Shown here in pieces: positions 7,854 through 18,798 of a stretch of DNA of 57,353 bases. The first letter of the stretch is position 1. The number at the start of each line of letters is the position of its first letter. Both the position numbers and the translations under genes were made by a program. The notes beneath the pieces are model-generated. The model was given only the letters and a program-made list of their open reading frames with translations. It was not told the origin of the DNA and did not search any database. This DNA is from Deltaproteobacteria bacterium (GTDB taxonomy: Bacteria; Desulfobacterota; Binatia; UBA9968), in the NCBI GenBank assembly GCA_023250515.1, contig JAHFAO010000003.1:1-57353 (forward strand), in the 5' to 3' direction.

Positions 7854-8083
7854 TCAAGCAGCCTTTCTCGGCACAAGAGCAACCAATACATCAGCATCAA
7901 GGGCTTTGGCAATACGCCGGAGCAGCGGGAGTGAATGGCATGTATACCCTGCTTGTTCTATAGCCGAGATAGCTTGCTGGCTACAGCCCACCCCTTAGCC
8001 TCCCGCAGGTGACGAATCTGGAAGGCCACTTCTACCAGAGCCCGCCTCTTGTTAAACGCCGCAGAAAAAGCGGGATTTTTGAG
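7854..8083 (-). pseudogene. XRE-family HTH regulator/antitoxin pseudogene
   Basis: LKNPAFSAAFNKRRALVEVAFQIRHLREAKGW, frameshift, then VGCSQQAISAIEQAGYTCHSLPLLRRIAKALDADVLVALVPRKAA*. No start codon; helix 2 is missing. Confidence 0.75.
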
Positions 8084-8179
8084 GACTTAGCTGATGCCAA
8101 ATTGGCGACAGAAGTGGCAATAGAATTGGGGTATAAAATTCAGTGAAGGGATAAGAAACATGATAGACAAAAGAATAGC

Positions 8180-8662
8180 CTAGAAAGATGCCTTCCTTGC
8201 TGACCGCCGCGGTGTCGGCTTTTTGGCAGCTCCTTCTTTTTCTTTTTGTGCCGACCGCCTACTCCTCTTCTCAGCGCCACTGGGGGTCTCGGCCTTGCCT
8301 GCAGCGCCTCCGGGAACCAACTCAACTAACGATAGAGCCGCACGGTCTCCATGCCGCCACCCGATCTTGACGATCCGCGTGTAACCCCCGGGGCGGTCTT
8401 TAAAGCGCGGGGCTAGGGTATCGAAGACCTTACGCACCACCGCTTGATCTTGAATGATTCCAAGGGCCTGACGCCGGGCGTGAAGGTGGCCCTCCTTACC
8501 CAAGCTAATTACGTGATCTGCCCAGCGCCGGAGCTCCTTCGCCTTTGGATCTGTGGTCTGAATCCGCTCGTGACGCAACAGGGAGGTAACCAGATTGCGC
8601 ATCAAGGCCAAGCGGTGACTGGGGCTACGGTTGAGCTTCCTTCCTGTTTTCAAATGGCGCAT
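8180..8662 (-). CDS. rplQ: 50S ribosomal protein L17 with a basic C-terminal tail
   Basis: MRHLKTGRKLNRS...RPGGYTRI. Confidence 0.97.
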   Translation of the reverse strand: MRHLKTGRKLNRSPSHRLALMRNLVTSLLRHERIQTTDPKAKELRRWADHVISLGKEGHLHARRQALGIIQDQAVVRKVFDTLAPRFKDRPGGYTRIVKIGWRHGDRAALSLVELVPGGAAGKAETPSGAEKRSRRSAQKEKEGAAKKPTPRRSARKASF

Positions 8663-8670
8663 AAGTTCGC

Positions 8671-8734
8671 GTTACTGGTTATTCGTTAACTCGTTACTCG
8701 AATAACGAATATACGAATAACGATTAACCAATTA
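8671..8734. repeat. Palindromic 7/8-mer array, family A (GTTAYTC / GARTAAC)
   Basis: gttactg gttattc gttaactc gttactc | gaataac gaatatac gaataac gattaac, between rpoA and rplQ. Confidence 0.85.
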
Positions 8735-9751
8735 GGCCGTCTCCTTCTCTTTCGCACGTCTCCGGCTCTCGATTTCCTCCCGGGAGGGGAAATGTTCGAG
8801 TTTCATCCCAAGCTCCAGTCCCATGTCGCGCAAGATCTCTTTGATCTCGTTGAGCGACTTGTGACCGAAATTCTTGGTTTTTAGCATTTCGTGCTCCGTT
8901 TTCTGAACCAGTTCTCCAATGTATTTGATATCAGCGTTCTGCAAACAATTCTGGGAACGGACTGAAAATTCCAACTCGTCCACGCTGCGAAAGAGATTTT
9001 CATTTAGGAGAAGGGATGGCGATTCCTCGCGAGCATCGCGCTGCGGCTCCTCATCAAAATTGATAAAAATCTGGAGTTGGTCCTGGAGGACCTTGGATGC
9101 GTAGGCCACGGCATCTTCAGGTTTCACACTCCCATCCGTCCATGTCTCAAAGACCAAACGGTCATAATCCGTTCTCTGCCCAACCCGTGCATTGGTCACA
9201 TGGAAGTTGACTTTTTGAATGGGTGAGAATGCCGCGTCCAAGAAGATCGTATCCACCGGGGTCCCCTCTTCCTTGTTTCGCTCCGCCGGCACGTAACCTC
9301 TTCCAATCTTCGCAACCATCTCCATATCTAATTTCCCTTCGCGAGAGAGGGTAGCGATGTGTTGCTCCGGGTTAAGGATTTCCACGCTTGGACCAGCAAC
9401 GATGTCCTTAGCTTGAATCATCCTGGGCCCTTTGGCCTCGATCCTGAGGGTCTGTTGCTCCGAATCGTGCAGCCTGACGCGAATCTCTTTAAGATTGAGG
9501 AGGATATCGGTCACATCTTCGGTAATACCAGGAATCGTTGAAAACTCATGGAGGATTCCTTTGATCCTCACCGAGACGATAGCGCCCCCCATGAGCGACG
9601 AAAGAAGTATTCTCCTGAGAGAATTGCCAATTGTCTGACCGAATCCCCTCTCAAAAGGCTCTGCATAAAACCTGCCGTAGGTAGAGGTGAGACTTCTTTC
9701 GTCCGCCTCGAGCTTTTTAGGTCTAATCAAATCGGTCCAATGCTTATGCAT
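8732..9751 (-). CDS. rpoA: RNA polymerase alpha subunit
   Basis: [22 protein letters not shown]; [12 protein letters not shown]; alpha-CTD present. Confidence 0.98.
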   Translation of the reverse strand: MHKHWTDLIRPKKLEADERSLTSTYGRFYAEPFERGFGQTIGNSLRRILLSSLMGGAIVSVRIKGILHEFSTIPGITEDVTDILLNLKEIRVRLHDSEQQTLRIEAKGPRMIQAKDIVAGPSVEILNPEQHIATLSREGKLDMEMVAKIGRGYVPAERNKEEGTPVDTIFLDAAFSPIQKVNFHVTNARVGQRTDYDRLVFETWTDGSVKPEDAVAYASKVLQDQLQIFINFDEEPQRDAREESPSLLLNENLFRSVDELEFSVRSQNCLQNADIKYIGELVQKTEHEMLKTKNFGHKSLNEIKEILRDMGLELGMKLEHFPSREEIESRRRAKEKETA

Positions 9752-9767
9752 GGCGTCTCCCACAATA

Positions 9768-9858
9768 GAGAATTCAGAAGTCAGGTGCCAAAATCCAGTA
9801 GATAGAAATGCAACAAATCGGTCCCCCTCTCCTGGATCCCGGATTCTGCATTCTGCCC
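9768..9858. repeat. Palindromic heptamer array, family B
   Basis: gagaattcagaagtcagg...tcctggatcccggattctgcattctg, between rpsD and rpoA. Confidence 0.65.
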
Positions 9859-9861
9859 CTT

Positions 9862-10488
9862 TTATTTCGAGTAAAGTTCCACAATCAGTTTCTCATTGAT
9901 CGGCGCCGTGATGTCGCTCCGCGTTGGTAGCAGCTTCATTCTCCCACTGAAACCCTCGCGATCGACTTCGGCCCACTCTGGCACACCACGCCTCTGCGCA
10001 GCTTCTAGGGCCGAAACCACCCGCCCTATCTGGCGGCTTTGCTCTTTCACTGAGACCACCTCCCCCGCACGGATAAAATAAGAGGGAATCGTCACTCGTT
10101 TCCCGTTAACCAGAATATGGCCGTGGCGCACCAGCATGCGCGCATCGGCCCGTGAGCAGGCAAACCCCAACCGATAAGTGACATTATCCAATCGCCTCTC
10201 CAAGAGGACTAATAGAGCCTCACCAGTAATCCCTTTGACCCTTGCTGCCAGGTCAAAAGTGCGGCGGAATTGATTTTCCAAAAGGCCGTACATGCGTTTG
10301 ACTTTTTGTTTCTCCCGCAACTGGATGCTGTACGCGGAAAATTTCGGCCTTGCCTGGCCATGTTGACCCGGCGGATAGTTTCTTCGCTCAATGGCACACT
10401 TGTCCGTATAACAACGCTCACCCTTGAGGAAGAGCTTGAGGTTCTCCCGCCGGCAAAGCCGGCATACGGACCCAGAGTATCTAGCCAA
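9862..10488 (-). CDS. rpsD: 30S ribosomal protein S4 (Zn-binding type)
   Basis: CRLCRRE...C...C; LERRLDNV. Confidence 0.98.
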   Translation of the reverse strand: MARYSGSVCRLCRRENLKLFLKGERCYTDKCAIERRNYPPGQHGQARPKFSAYSIQLREKQKVKRMYGLLENQFRRTFDLAARVKGITGEALLVLLERRLDNVTYRLGFACSRADARMLVRHGHILVNGKRVTIPSYFIRAGEVVSVKEQSRQIGRVVSALEAAQRRGVPEWAEVDREGFSGRMKLLPTRSDITAPINEKLIVELYSK

Positions 10489-10512
10489 TTATTTCTCCTT
10501 CATTGAATTCTT

Positions 10513-10959
10513 TCACACTCTTCTCCGCTTCGGAGGACGGCAGCCATTATGGGGGATAGGTGTAACATCCTTGATTAGGCTGATATTGAATCCGGCTGCC
10601 TGGAGAGATCTAAGTGCCGATTCCCTCCCAACTCCTGGTCCACGAACAAAAACCTGAACGCTACGCACCCCATGATCCATGGCCTTTTTGGCTGCATTAT
10701 CTGCTGCCTGTTGGGCTGCAAACGGGGTTCCCTTGCGTGATCCTTTGAACCCCATCGTCCCGGCACTCGACCAAGAGATGACATTGCCTTGGTAGTCGGT
10801 AATGGTCACAATCGTGTTGTTAAAGGTCGAGTGGATGTGGGCAACGCCCTCGGAGATGTTCTTTTTTCCCCTCTTCTTTCGTGCCACCTTCTCCGCTGGC
10901 TTCTCCTCTACCTGTCCCTCGGCTTTCTTTTCCTGCGGGCTTTCGTCGCCTTTCGCCAT
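10513..10959 (-). CDS. rpsK: 30S ribosomal protein S11 with an N-terminal extension
   Basis: [12 protein letters not shown]; [18 protein letters not shown]. Confidence 0.98.
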   Translation of the reverse strand: MAKGDESPQEKKAEGQVEEKPAEKVARKKRGKKNISEGVAHIHSTFNNTIVTITDYQGNVISWSSAGTMGFKGSRKGTPFAAQQAADNAAKKAMDHGVRSVQVFVRGPGVGRESALRSLQAAGFNISLIKDVTPIPHNGCRPPKRRRV

Positions 10960-11027
10960 TATTGCTCTCCTTCAATGTGCAGAGTGATCTTCTCTATTAC
11001 CTATTGCCTGTGTTGCCTACTGCCTTC

Positions 11028-11411
11028 TTATCCCTTCGACGGAGCTACCTTCTTTCCCGCTACAGTCTTGCGCGGCCCTTTCCGTGTTCGCGCATTCGTA
11101 TGCGTCCTCTGCCCTCTCACAGGCAAACCTTTACGGTGTCTCAGTCCGCGGTAAGATCCCATATCTACGTGACGCTTGATATTCATAGATGCCTCACGCC
11201 TGAGATCCCCCTCCACCTTAGAACCTTGATCAATGACCTGACGGATCTTAACCACTTCATCGTCTGTCAGGTTATCGCTTTTCGTATCGAAGTGAACCCC
11301 TGCCGTTTGGAGGATCGTCCTAGCACTACCTCTCCCAATCCCATAGATATAGGTTAGTGCGATCTCCATTCTCTTGTTTTTAGGTAAGTCCACTCCCGCT
11401 ATACGTGCCAT
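11028..11411 (-). CDS. rpsM: 30S ribosomal protein S13
   Basis: [10 protein letters not shown]; [18 protein letters not shown]. Confidence 0.98.
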   Translation of the reverse strand: MARIAGVDLPKNKRMEIALTYIYGIGRGSARTILQTAGVHFDTKSDNLTDDEVVKIRQVIDQGSKVEGDLRREASMNIKRHVDMGSYRGLRHRKGLPVRGQRTHTNARTRKGPRKTVAGKKVAPSKG

Positions 11412-11469
11412 ATCCTCACTCCGTTCGGAATCTCAAATTACCAAATCTCAGACTGCAAATGATCCCTTT

Positions 11470-11583
11470 TTAACCTTGGCGTTGTTTATGCCTTGTGTTG
11501 ACGCAAACTACCCGGACGACCCCCTTACGCCGTATCACTTTACACTTGTTGCAGATCTTCTTAACCGATGCTCTAACCTTCAT
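11470..11583 (-). CDS. rpmJ: 50S ribosomal protein L36
   Basis: Manual translation [37 protein letters not shown] (37 aa, below the ORF cutoff). Confidence 0.97.
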   Translation of the reverse strand: MKVRASVKKICNKCKVIRRKGVVRVVCVNTRHKQRQG

Positions 11584-11603
11584 GCGACCGCTCCCACCCG
11601 TCT

Positions 11604-11822
11604 TTATTTCTCACGGTAGATAACCCTCCCCCTTCCTAGGTCATAGGGAGACAGTTCTATCTTGACCTTATCCCCCGGGAGGATCTTGATATAGTGCATT
11701 CGCATCTTTCCTGATATATGAGCCAGCACCTTATGGCCGTTTGCCAGCTCTACCCGGAACATGGCGTTGGGGAGCGTCTCCAACACCGTCCCCGTTACCT
11801 CAATGGCATCTTCTTTGGGCAC
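11604..11822 (-). CDS. infA: Translation initiation factor IF-1
   Basis: KEDAIEV...[10 protein letters not shown]...HISGKMR; GTG start assumed. Confidence 0.97.
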   Translation of the reverse strand: MPKEDAIEVTGTVLETLPNAMFRVELANGHKVLAHISGKMRMHYIKILPGDKVKIELSPYDLGRGRVIYREK

Positions 11823-11832
11823 ACTCAATACC

Positions 11833-11897
11833 GTTGATTCGTTGACTGGTTATTCGTTGACTCGAATATACGAATACACGAGTAAACGAGCAACGAA
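11833..11897. repeat. Palindromic array, family A
   Basis: gttgattc gttgactg gttattc gttgactc | gaatatac gaatacac gagtaaac gagcaac, between map and infA. Confidence 0.85.
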
Positions 11898-11899
11898 GC

Positions 11900-12658
11900 C
11901 TAGATTTTGCTCAAAATATAAGGCCCTTTCTTTGTAATCGCCACCGAGTGCTCAAAATGGGCTGCCAGGCTGCCATCTTTCGTTACCGCTGTCCATCCAT
12001 CCTCTTTAATCTCGACCTCGTATCCCCCTGCATTGACCATTGGTTCGATGGCTAAAACCATACCCTCCTTGAGGCGAAGTCCTCGGTCAGGGTCACCATA
12101 GTTTGGGACCGGAGGTTCTTCATGGAGTTTCTTGCCGATCCCGTGGCCTACAAAGACCCTGACGACTGAGAATCCTGCGCTCTCAACAGTCGTTTGAATA
12201 ACCGAAGCAAGATCCCCCAATCTTTTCCCCTCTCGAAGCTGCTCGATCCCCTTATACAGGGCCTCCTCCGTAACCTGAATCAAACGTTTCGCTTCATCAT
12301 CCACCTTCCCTACCCCCACCGTAATGGCAGAATCTCCGTAGAAACCGTCATAGATGACGCCGAAGTCAAGCCCGACTATGTCCCCGTCTCGAAGCTGGCG
12401 GTCAGAAGGGATCCCATGGACAATCTCTTCATTGATCGAAGTGCAAAGGGTGCACGGATAGACCCTGCCTGCCATTACATATCCCTTAAATGCTGGTTGT
12501 GCGTTGTTCTTATAGGTCAACTCCTCGGCCAGGGCGTCCAATTCCAACGTTGTTACACCGGGAGCCACCTTTTGTCTTAACTCTTGCAGGATCTCAGCCA
12601 CGATCAAGTTCGCATGCCTCAGGGTCTCGATCTCCCGGGCCGATTTGAGAAAGATCAT
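11900..12658 (-). CDS. map: Methionine aminopeptidase type I
   Basis: HGIP, GDSA, GHGIG, HEEP, IEPM, HFEH motifs. Confidence 0.97.
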   Translation of the reverse strand: MIFLKSAREIETLRHANLIVAEILQELRQKVAPGVTTLELDALAEELTYKNNAQPAFKGYVMAGRVYPCTLCTSINEEIVHGIPSDRQLRDGDIVGLDFGVIYDGFYGDSAITVGVGKVDDEAKRLIQVTEEALYKGIEQLREGKRLGDLASVIQTTVESAGFSVVRVFVGHGIGKKLHEEPPVPNYGDPDRGLRLKEGMVLAIEPMVNAGGYEVEIKEDGWTAVTKDGSLAAHFEHSVAITKKGPYILSKI

Positions 12659-13326
12659 GCTTCAATTTCCCGTAATGCTTGAAAAAGGCGGCCACGGATC
12701 TCTTCTACGCTCCCTACTCCGTCAATCTCTCTGAGAAGACCCTGCTTACGATAATAGTCCGTTAACGGAGCGGTTTGAGTCTCATAGACATCAAGTCTTG
12801 CAGTAATCGTTTCTTCCCGATCATCGTCTCGCTGATAAAGTTCCCCACCACAGCGGTCACAAACCCCCTCCCGTTTTGAGGGGTTAAAAAGTACATGATA
12901 CAGAGTCCCGCACCTCTTACAGGTCCGACGTCCCGCTAGTCTTTGAATGATGATGCCGCGAGGTACCTGGATGGAGAAAACACAGTCTAGTCTGGAACCC
13001 ACATCTCTAAGTATTGCCTCCAGGCCGTCAGCCTGAGCTTTAGTCCTGGGAAAGCCATCCAGGACAAAACCCTTCTTGCAATCCTCTTCGCGCAACCGCT
13101 CAGCTACAAGCTTTACCATGAGGTCATCGGGGACTAGCTTTCCCTTGTCGATGTGCTTTGCTGCCTTCCTACCCAAAGGGGTCTGCTCCCGCACTGCCTT
13201 CCTCAGGATCTCGCCGGTGGACACCTGACAGGCCTTATATCTCTCTTCGAGAAACTTCGCCTGAGTCCCTTTGCCTGCCCCAGGAGGGCCCAAAAAGACC
13301 GCACGCACAAAACCCTCACCGGCCAA
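12655..13326 (-). CDS. adk: Adenylate kinase with Zn-type LID
   Basis: GPPGAGKGT; LDGFPRT; CxxC...CxxC LID; start may be GTG at 13308. Confidence 0.97.
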   Translation of the reverse strand: MAGEGFVRAVFLGPPGAGKGTQAKFLEERYKACQVSTGEILRKAVREQTPLGRKAAKHIDKGKLVPDDLMVKLVAERLREEDCKKGFVLDGFPRTKAQADGLEAILRDVGSRLDCVFSIQVPRGIIIQRLAGRRTCKRCGTLYHVLFNPSKREGVCDRCGGELYQRDDDREETITARLDVYETQTAPLTDYYRKQGLLREIDGVGSVEEIRGRLFQALREIEA

Positions 13327-13329
13327 TCC

Positions 13330-14640
13330 TTAACCCCTTCTACCCCGCAGGCGACCTCGCTTCATGAATCCCTCATAATTGCGCGTAATCATATGCGTCT
13401 CAATTTGGGCCACAGTGTCCAAGGCTACACCCACAACAATCAGAAGTGACGTCCCGCCGAAGAAGAAAGGCACATTAAATTGGCTGATAAGAATGGTCGG
13501 CAAAAGGGCTACAGCCGCAAGGTAAATAGCCCCGCCCAGGGTTACCCTAGAGAGCACACGATCAATGAACTCAGCCGTCTTCTGACCAGGTCGTATCCCA
13601 GGTATATATCCGCCAAATTTCTTCATGTTCTCCGCCACATCCGAGGGGTTAAAGACCACGGCCGTGTAAAAGTAACAGAAAAAGACGATGAAACCCACAT
13701 AAAAGATATCATGCAACCACCGTCCAGGAGCCAGATATCCCGCTGCCGCTTGCGCCCACGGGTGTTGCAGAAACTGAGCCACGGTCGCAGGAAAGATCAG
13801 AATTGACGAGGCAAAGATGGGTGGAATCACTCCCGAGGTATTGATCTTGAGCGGCAGGTGAGAACTCTGCCCCCCATACATCCTGCGCCCTACCACCCTC
13901 TTGGCATACTGCACCGGGATCCTCCTCTGCCCCCGCTCCATGAAAATAATGACACCCACGACAACCACCATTATTACCAGTATCAAAAGAACCACTAACA
14001 CCCCCAACTCCCCCTCCCGAACAAACTGGAAGGTGTGCGTAATCGCTGACGGCAGCCGGGACACAATCCCAGCAAAAATGATTAGAGAGATGCCGTTGCC
14101 GATCCCCCGCTCTGTAATCTGCTCGCCCAACCACATGATGAAGGCCGTGCCTGAAGTCAAGGTAAGGACCGTCATCAAACGAAAATTCCAACCAGGCTCC
14201 AGCACAATGGCCTCACCCCCGGGCCCCCGGGTCCCCTCCAACCCAAGGCTTAATAGGAGGCCCTGAATGATGGAAAGTACAACCGTTCCATAGCGGGTAT
14301 ACTGGGTGATTTTTCTTCGCCCCACCTCGCCTTCTTTGGAAAGTCGCTCCAAATAAGGAAAGACCACTGTCAGAAGCTGTAAAATGATGGAGGCGCTAAT
14401 ATAGGGCATGATGCCCAGAGAAAACACTGAGAACTGCTCCAGCGCCCCACCGGAGAAAAGATTGAACAGACCAAAGATGGTGTCCTTAACCCGATCAAAG
14501 AAAGCGGCCAGGGCCTGCCGGTCAATCCCAGGGGTTGGAATCGCTACCCCAACACGATAGACAGCCAGCATGGCCAAAGTAAAAAGAAGCCTACGCCTGA
14601 GCTCGGGGATTTTGCCCGCGTTTTGAAAACCTTCAAGCAT
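13330..14640 (-). CDS. secY: Preprotein translocase SecY
   Basis: [12 protein letters not shown]; [11 protein letters not shown]; [12 protein letters not shown]. Confidence 0.98.
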   Translation of the reverse strand: MLEGFQNAGKIPELRRRLLFTLAMLAVYRVGVAIPTPGIDRQALAAFFDRVKDTIFGLFNLFSGGALEQFSVFSLGIMPYISASIILQLLTVVFPYLERLSKEGEVGRRKITQYTRYGTVVLSIIQGLLLSLGLEGTRGPGGEAIVLEPGWNFRLMTVLTLTSGTAFIMWLGEQITERGIGNGISLIIFAGIVSRLPSAITHTFQFVREGELGVLVVLLILVIMVVVVGVIIFMERGQRRIPVQYAKRVVGRRMYGGQSSHLPLKINTSGVIPPIFASSILIFPATVAQFLQHPWAQAAAGYLAPGRWLHDIFYVGFIVFFCYFYTAVVFNPSDVAENMKKFGGYIPGIRPGQKTAEFIDRVLSRVTLGGAIYLAAVALLPTILISQFNVPFFFGGTSLLIVVGVALDTVAQIETHMITRNYEGFMKRGRLRGRRG

Positions 14641-15085
14641 GGGAAACTACCAGCTCTGCCTTTCCGCCTAAGGCCTCGATCTTTTCCTTCGCTTTCGATG
14701 AAAAGCCATGCGCCCTTACAGTCAGCGGTTTACTTAATGATCCGTCGCCCAGGATTTTAATTCGCTCCACTTTTCCACGGACCAACCTACGTTCCCTCAG
14801 TAGCTCGGGCGTAACCTCACTCCCAGAAGCGAAGACCTCTAATTGCCCTAGGTTGACTACAGCCAGGCTAGCTTTAAACGGGTTATGAAAACCGCGCTTT
14901 GGGACGCGCCGCGTAAGCGGCATTTGGCCCCCTTCAAAACCCGGGCGGGTCCCTCCGCCAGCACGCGCCCCCTGCCCCTTATGACCCCGGCAGGAGGTCT
15001 TTCCATGTCCTGAACCATCTCCCCGACCCACCCGCTTCCTTTTTTTCTTGGAGCCAGGGGCAGGCTTTAAATCACTCAGATTCAT
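14633..15085 (-). CDS. rplO: 50S ribosomal protein L15
   Basis: [13 protein letters not shown]; GFEGGQMPL. Confidence 0.98.
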   Translation of the reverse strand: MNLSDLKPAPGSKKKRKRVGRGDGSGHGKTSCRGHKGQGARAGGGTRPGFEGGQMPLTRRVPKRGFHNPFKASLAVVNLGQLEVFASGSEVTPELLRERRLVRGKVERIKILGDGSLSKPLTVRAHGFSSKAKEKIEALGGKAELVVSHA

Positions 15086-15087
15086 AG

Positions 15088-15585
15088 TCAGCGAATCTCG
15101 GCCAAGGCCTTTCCTCTCCGCCCGGCTATCTCCTCTGGAAATTTAAGATCTTTCAAGGCCTCAAAGGTAGCCTTAACCATGTTGTGCGGGTTGTTTGAGC
15201 CAAGGCACTTTGTGAGAACATCATGGATGCCTACTGCTTCCACCACCGCCCGTATCCCTCCACCTGCAATCACGCCAGTTCCTTCCGCCGCAGGTTTGAG
15301 CATCACATAGCCGGCGCCAAATCGGCCGGTGACTTCGAAGGGTATGGTCCCGCCCATGATAGGGACTCTAATGAGTCCTTTCTTGGCTTGTTCCAATCCT
15401 TTCCGAATGGCCTCCGGCACCTCATTGGCCTTCCCCAGTCCATACCCCACTGTGGATTTCCCATCACCCACAACAATCAGGGCATTAAAGCTGAATCGGC
15501 GGCCCCCCTTTACCACCTTAGCCACTCGGCTAATATGGACAACCCTCTCTTTTAGTTCCAAGCCCTGTGGATCAATCCGTTGCAT
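15088..15585 (-). CDS. rpsE: 30S ribosomal protein S5
   Basis: [14 protein letters not shown]; GTGVIAGG. Confidence 0.98.
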   Translation of the reverse strand: MQRIDPQGLELKERVVHISRVAKVVKGGRRFSFNALIVVGDGKSTVGYGLGKANEVPEAIRKGLEQAKKGLIRVPIMGGTIPFEVTGRFGAGYVMLKPAAEGTGVIAGGGIRAVVEAVGIHDVLTKCLGSNNPHNMVKATFEALKDLKFPEEIAGRRGKALAEIR

Positions 15586-15592
15586 TGATAAA

Positions 15593-15958
15593 TTAGAATA
15601 CCAAACCACCTTCGCGTGCAGCTTCGGCCAAGGCCCTCACCCGCCCATGAAAGAGGAAACCATTGCGGTCAAAAATCACGTTGGAAATGTGCTTCTCCTT
15701 GCACACCTGCGCTAACATTAGTCCGACCTGTCTCGCCGCCTCCAGCCTCTTGGTTTCTTTCAGCCTCTCCCTAACCTCTTTTGAAAGGCTAGAGACTGAT
15801 GCCAGGGTTATCCCCCTCTCATCAGAAATGATCTGAGCATAAATATGCTTTAGACTTCGATAGACGCAAACGCGTGGTCGCGTATCTGTTCCCCAAACTG
15901 TTTTCCGCACCCTCTCCTGTCGCCGTTTGCGCCCAATCTCTCTCTCATTGCTTAACAT
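15593..15958 (-). CDS. rplR: 50S ribosomal protein L18
   Basis: [11 protein letters not shown]; [12 protein letters not shown]. Confidence 0.97.
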   Translation of the reverse strand: MLSNEREIGRKRRQERVRKTVWGTDTRPRVCVYRSLKHIYAQIISDERGITLASVSSLSKEVRERLKETKRLEAARQVGLMLAQVCKEKHISNVIFDRNGFLFHGRVRALAEAAREGGLVF

Positions 15959-15975
15959 CGATTTGCCTTTGATAC

Positions 15976-16527
15976 CTATGTGGACCCGGCCGCGCCCACT
16001 GCCTTTCCGGCCTTACGATGGATGACCTCTTCCCGATATTTAACCCCTTTACCCTTGTAGGGCTCGGGGGGCCTGAGACCTCGGAGCATGGCCGCTGTTT
16101 TCCCCAAGAGCTGCTTGTCAGCACCATGAAGGGTAACAAGAGTTTGTCTATCCACCGTTGCCGTCACCCCTGGTGGCAAAGGGAAGATCACAGGGTGAGA
16201 ATAACCTAAGGTCAAATGTAGCTCTGTCCCCTTGACCTCTGCTCGATAACCTACTCCGTTGATCTCAAGAACCCGGCTGAACCCCCGGCTAACTCCCTCA
16301 ACCATATTGGCAATGAGCTTCCGCGTAAGTCCATGCAGCGCCTTGATCTCCCTTTCCTCCGCTTCCCGGCCAATCTTGAGTTGACCTCCTTCCAGCTTGA
16401 CCCTGAGATTCAAGGGGATCTCCGCGCTGAGTTTTCCCTTGGGCCCTTCTACACGGATTGTGCTATCCTGTAAAGCGACCTTCACCCCTTCAGGAATCGA
16501 TATGGGAAGTCTTCCAATACGCGACAC
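15976..16527 (-). CDS. rplF: 50S ribosomal protein L6
   Basis: GTG start (SRIGRLPI) after GAGGTG; PEPYKGKG. Confidence 0.97.
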   Translation of the reverse strand: MSRIGRLPISIPEGVKVALQDSTIRVEGPKGKLSAEIPLNLRVKLEGGQLKIGREAEEREIKALHGLTRKLIANMVEGVSRGFSRVLEINGVGYRAEVKGTELHLTLGYSHPVIFPLPPGVTATVDRQTLVTLHGADKQLLGKTAAMLRGLRPPEPYKGKGVKYREEVIHRKAGKAVGAAGST

Positions 16528-16546
16528 GTCGCACCTCACCCTTAGT

Positions 16547-16951
16547 CTACCAAACCGAGCAAAGCAGCTCTCCCCCCACCTTGGCCTTCTGTGCCTCTCG
16601 ATCCACGAGTATCCCTTTGGGAGTTGAAAGAATATTGATCCCCAGCCCCTTACGGATAGGAGGAATCTTCTTAGCCCCCACATAGATCCTGAGGCTGGGC
16701 CGGCTAACCCGTCTCAGACCCAAAATGATTGGATTGTTTTCTTTGTCAAACTTTAACTGGATGTGTAATTGCTCCCCTGCTCCCTCTTTTGCCTTGACCT
16801 TCCTAGCTTCTTGCAAATAGCCTTCCTCTACTAACACCCGAGTGATGCCTTCCTTAATGCGCGACCATGGAACTTCCACGCTTTCATGCCGCGCACGGGA
16901 GGCATTGCGAATTCGAGTCAGCAGGTCCGCAACGGGGTCCGTCATTCCCAT
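16547..16951 (-). CDS. rpsH: 30S ribosomal protein S8
   Basis: TDPVADLLTRIRN; GGELLC. Confidence 0.98.
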   Translation of the reverse strand: MGMTDPVADLLTRIRNASRARHESVEVPWSRIKEGITRVLVEEGYLQEARKVKAKEGAGEQLHIQLKFDKENNPIILGLRRVSRPSLRIYVGAKKIPPIRKGLGINILSTPKGILVDREAQKAKVGGELLCSVW

Positions 16952-16967
16952 CTTGCTCTCCGAACAG

Positions 16968-17153
16968 TTACCAGCTCGCTTTGGTCAACCCTGGGATCTG
17001 TCCCTTGCGAGCAAACTCTCTAAGACAAATCCGACACAACCTAAAGCGGCGGTAAAAAGCCCTCGCGCGGCCGCAAACGGGGCAGCGATTATACTGTCGA
17101 ACCTTGAACTTATTCGGCCTTTCCGCCTTAATACGAAGACACTTCTTGGCCAA
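16968..17153 (-). CDS. rpsN: 30S ribosomal protein S14, type Z
   Basis: 61 aa from TTG; CPVC...CRIC; KASW. Confidence 0.97.
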   Translation of the reverse strand: MAKKCLRIKAERPNKFKVRQYNRCPVCGRARAFYRRFRLCRICLREFARKGQIPGLTKASW

Positions 17154-17163
17154 CGAACTTCCC

Positions 17164-17715
17164 CTAATCTTTAATGGCAAATGGCATACCCAAATACTTG
17201 AGCAATGCCTTCCCCTCTTGGTCTGTTCTGGCTGTAGTCACGATCGATACGGTGAGTCCCCGTGCTTTCTCAACCTTATCGACTTGGATCTCAGGAAAAA
17301 TGATCTGCTCCCGGAGCCCCAGCGAGTAATTCCCCCGACGATCAAAAGAGCGGTCTGAAACCCCCCTAAAATCTCTCACCCGAGGCAAGGCCACATGGAT
17401 CAACCGGTCTAAAAACTCATACATCCGCTCCCGCCTGAGCGTCACCATGCAGCCGATCGGGATACCCTCACGCAATTTAAAATTGGCAATGGCCTTCTTG
17501 GCCCGTGTGACCACTGGCTTCTGTCCGGTGATAGCCATGAGTTCGGTCACTGCCGCATCCAGGACTTTGATATTTTGAATCGCTTCGCCGAGACCGATGT
17601 TTAGGGTAATCTTCTCCAGGCGCGGCACCTGAAAGGGGTTTTTATAACCAAACTCCCCCATCATGGCCGGGACCACTTCTTGTTGGTATTTTTTCTTAAG
17701 TCGCGTCATTCCCAT
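17164..17715 (-). CDS. rplE: 50S ribosomal protein L5
   Basis: [13 protein letters not shown]; LPRVRDFRG. Confidence 0.98.
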   Translation of the reverse strand: MGMTRLKKKYQQEVVPAMMGEFGYKNPFQVPRLEKITLNIGLGEAIQNIKVLDAAVTELMAITGQKPVVTRAKKAIANFKLREGIPIGCMVTLRRERMYEFLDRLIHVALPRVRDFRGVSDRSFDRRGNYSLGLREQIIFPEIQVDKVEKARGLTVSIVTTARTDQEGKALLKYLGMPFAIKD

Positions 17716-17720
17716 CCCAA

Positions 17721-18032
17721 TTAATCTAGAGGGTCTCCACAGCGCCGACAGACACGAACCTTTCCTCCATCATCTGAAACTTTCCTACCAACTCGAACCG
17801 GGGCATTGCATTTGTCACACATGACCATGAGATTGGAGGCGTGAATGGGGGCCTCTTTCTCCAAGATCCCGCCTGACTGTTGCGGTCCCCGCGCTCGTGT
17901 GTGTCGCTTCACCAGGTTTACCCGTTCGATAATGGCAACGCCCTTCTCCGGCACGACCCTAAGGACCTTGCCGGTCTTTCCCCGCTCCTTACCGGCAATG
18001 ACCATCACACTGTCATTCTTGCGAATGTTCAT
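17721..18032 (-). CDS. rplX: 50S ribosomal protein L24
   Basis: KOW motif [17 protein letters not shown]; EAPIHASN. Confidence 0.97.
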   Translation of the reverse strand: MNIRKNDSVMVIAGKERGKTGKVLRVVPEKGVAIIERVNLVKRHTRARGPQQSGGILEKEAPIHASNLMVMCDKCNAPVRVGRKVSDDGGKVRVCRRCGDPLD

Positions 18033-18042
18033 AACGAAACCC

Positions 18043-18125
18043 AAGCGTTCAGCTCTCAGCAATCAGCTTTCAGACTCTTACAGATTTTAATAGCTGACTG
18101 CTGACAGCTAATTGCTGACCGCTAC
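18043..18125. repeat. Palindromic heptamer array, family C (TCAGCWW / GCTGAYW)
   Basis: tcagctc tcagcaa tcagctt tcag ... agctgac tgctgac agctaat tgctgac cgct, between rplN and rplX. Confidence 0.85.
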
Positions 18126-18128
18126 GTT

Positions 18129-18497
18129 CTAGAGCACCTCTGGGGCGAGAGAGATAATTTTCATAAATTTCTTTCCTCTTAGCTCACGCGCAACGGGTCC
18201 GAAGATGCGGGTCCCAACGGGCTCCCTCTGGTTATCGATGAGCACCGCAGAGTTGTTATCAAATCTGATGTAAGTCCCATCTGGACGACCTATCTCTTTT
18301 GCGGTTCGTACCACCACGGCCTTCATCACATCGCCCTTCTTCACTTTAGCATTGGGGATGGCCTCTTTGATTGACACCACAATCACATCTCCAATGGAGG
18401 CGTACTTCCGCTTACTCCCTCCAAGGACCTTAATACACTGAACCTTCCGCGCACCTGAGTTGTCAGCCACATCCAACACTGTTCTCATCTGAATCAT
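18129..18497 (-). CDS. rplN: 50S ribosomal protein L14
   Basis: [16 protein letters not shown]; SLAPEVL. Confidence 0.98.
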   Translation of the reverse strand: MIQMRTVLDVADNSGARKVQCIKVLGGSKRKYASIGDVIVVSIKEAIPNAKVKKGDVMKAVVVRTAKEIGRPDGTYIRFDNNSAVLIDNQREPVGTRIFGPVARELRGKKFMKIISLAPEVL

Positions 18498-18796
18498 TGA
18501 AGCGCCTCTCTCTTTTCCGTCTCTGGCTTTATGTCCATCTGAACGGCCCGTTCCAAGACTTGAGTCACGCGCCAGCGCTTTTCTCGACTCAGGGGCCGAC
18601 ACTCTATAATCAGCACCCGATCTCCAACTTGACACTCGTTTTTCTCATCGTGGGCCTTTACCTTGCTCTGGCGCTTGAGGCGTTTCTTATATTTGGGATG
18701 CATGACCACCCTCTCCACGGAAACCACAACGGTCTTCTCCATCCGATTACTAGTCACCACCCCCTTACGTTCCTTTCTGCCCCCTCCTTGGCTCAT
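18494..18796 (-). CDS. rpsQ: 30S ribosomal protein S17
   Basis: [14 protein letters not shown]; KAHDE; RPLS. Confidence 0.97.
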   Translation of the reverse strand: MSQGGGRKERKGVVTSNRMEKTVVVSVERVVMHPKYKKRLKRQSKVKAHDEKNECQVGDRVLIIECRPLSREKRWRVTQVLERAVQMDIKPETEKREALQ

Positions 18797-18798
18797 GA

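Noticed and set aside
7228-7998. Short plus-strand ORFs around the retropepsin gene
   Set aside because: They overlap better-supported minus-strand features (the protease and the HTH pseudogene)
8671-8734. Palindromic arrays read as intrinsic terminators or CRISPR repeats
   Set aside because: Imperfect AT-rich stems without U-tails inside essential operons, and no spacers
16528-16683. Apparent N-terminal extensions of rplF (and of rplN, rpsC, nusG and the first MetE-like gene) in the ORF track
   Set aside because: Longest-ORF artefacts overlapping upstream genes; conserved starts lie downstream
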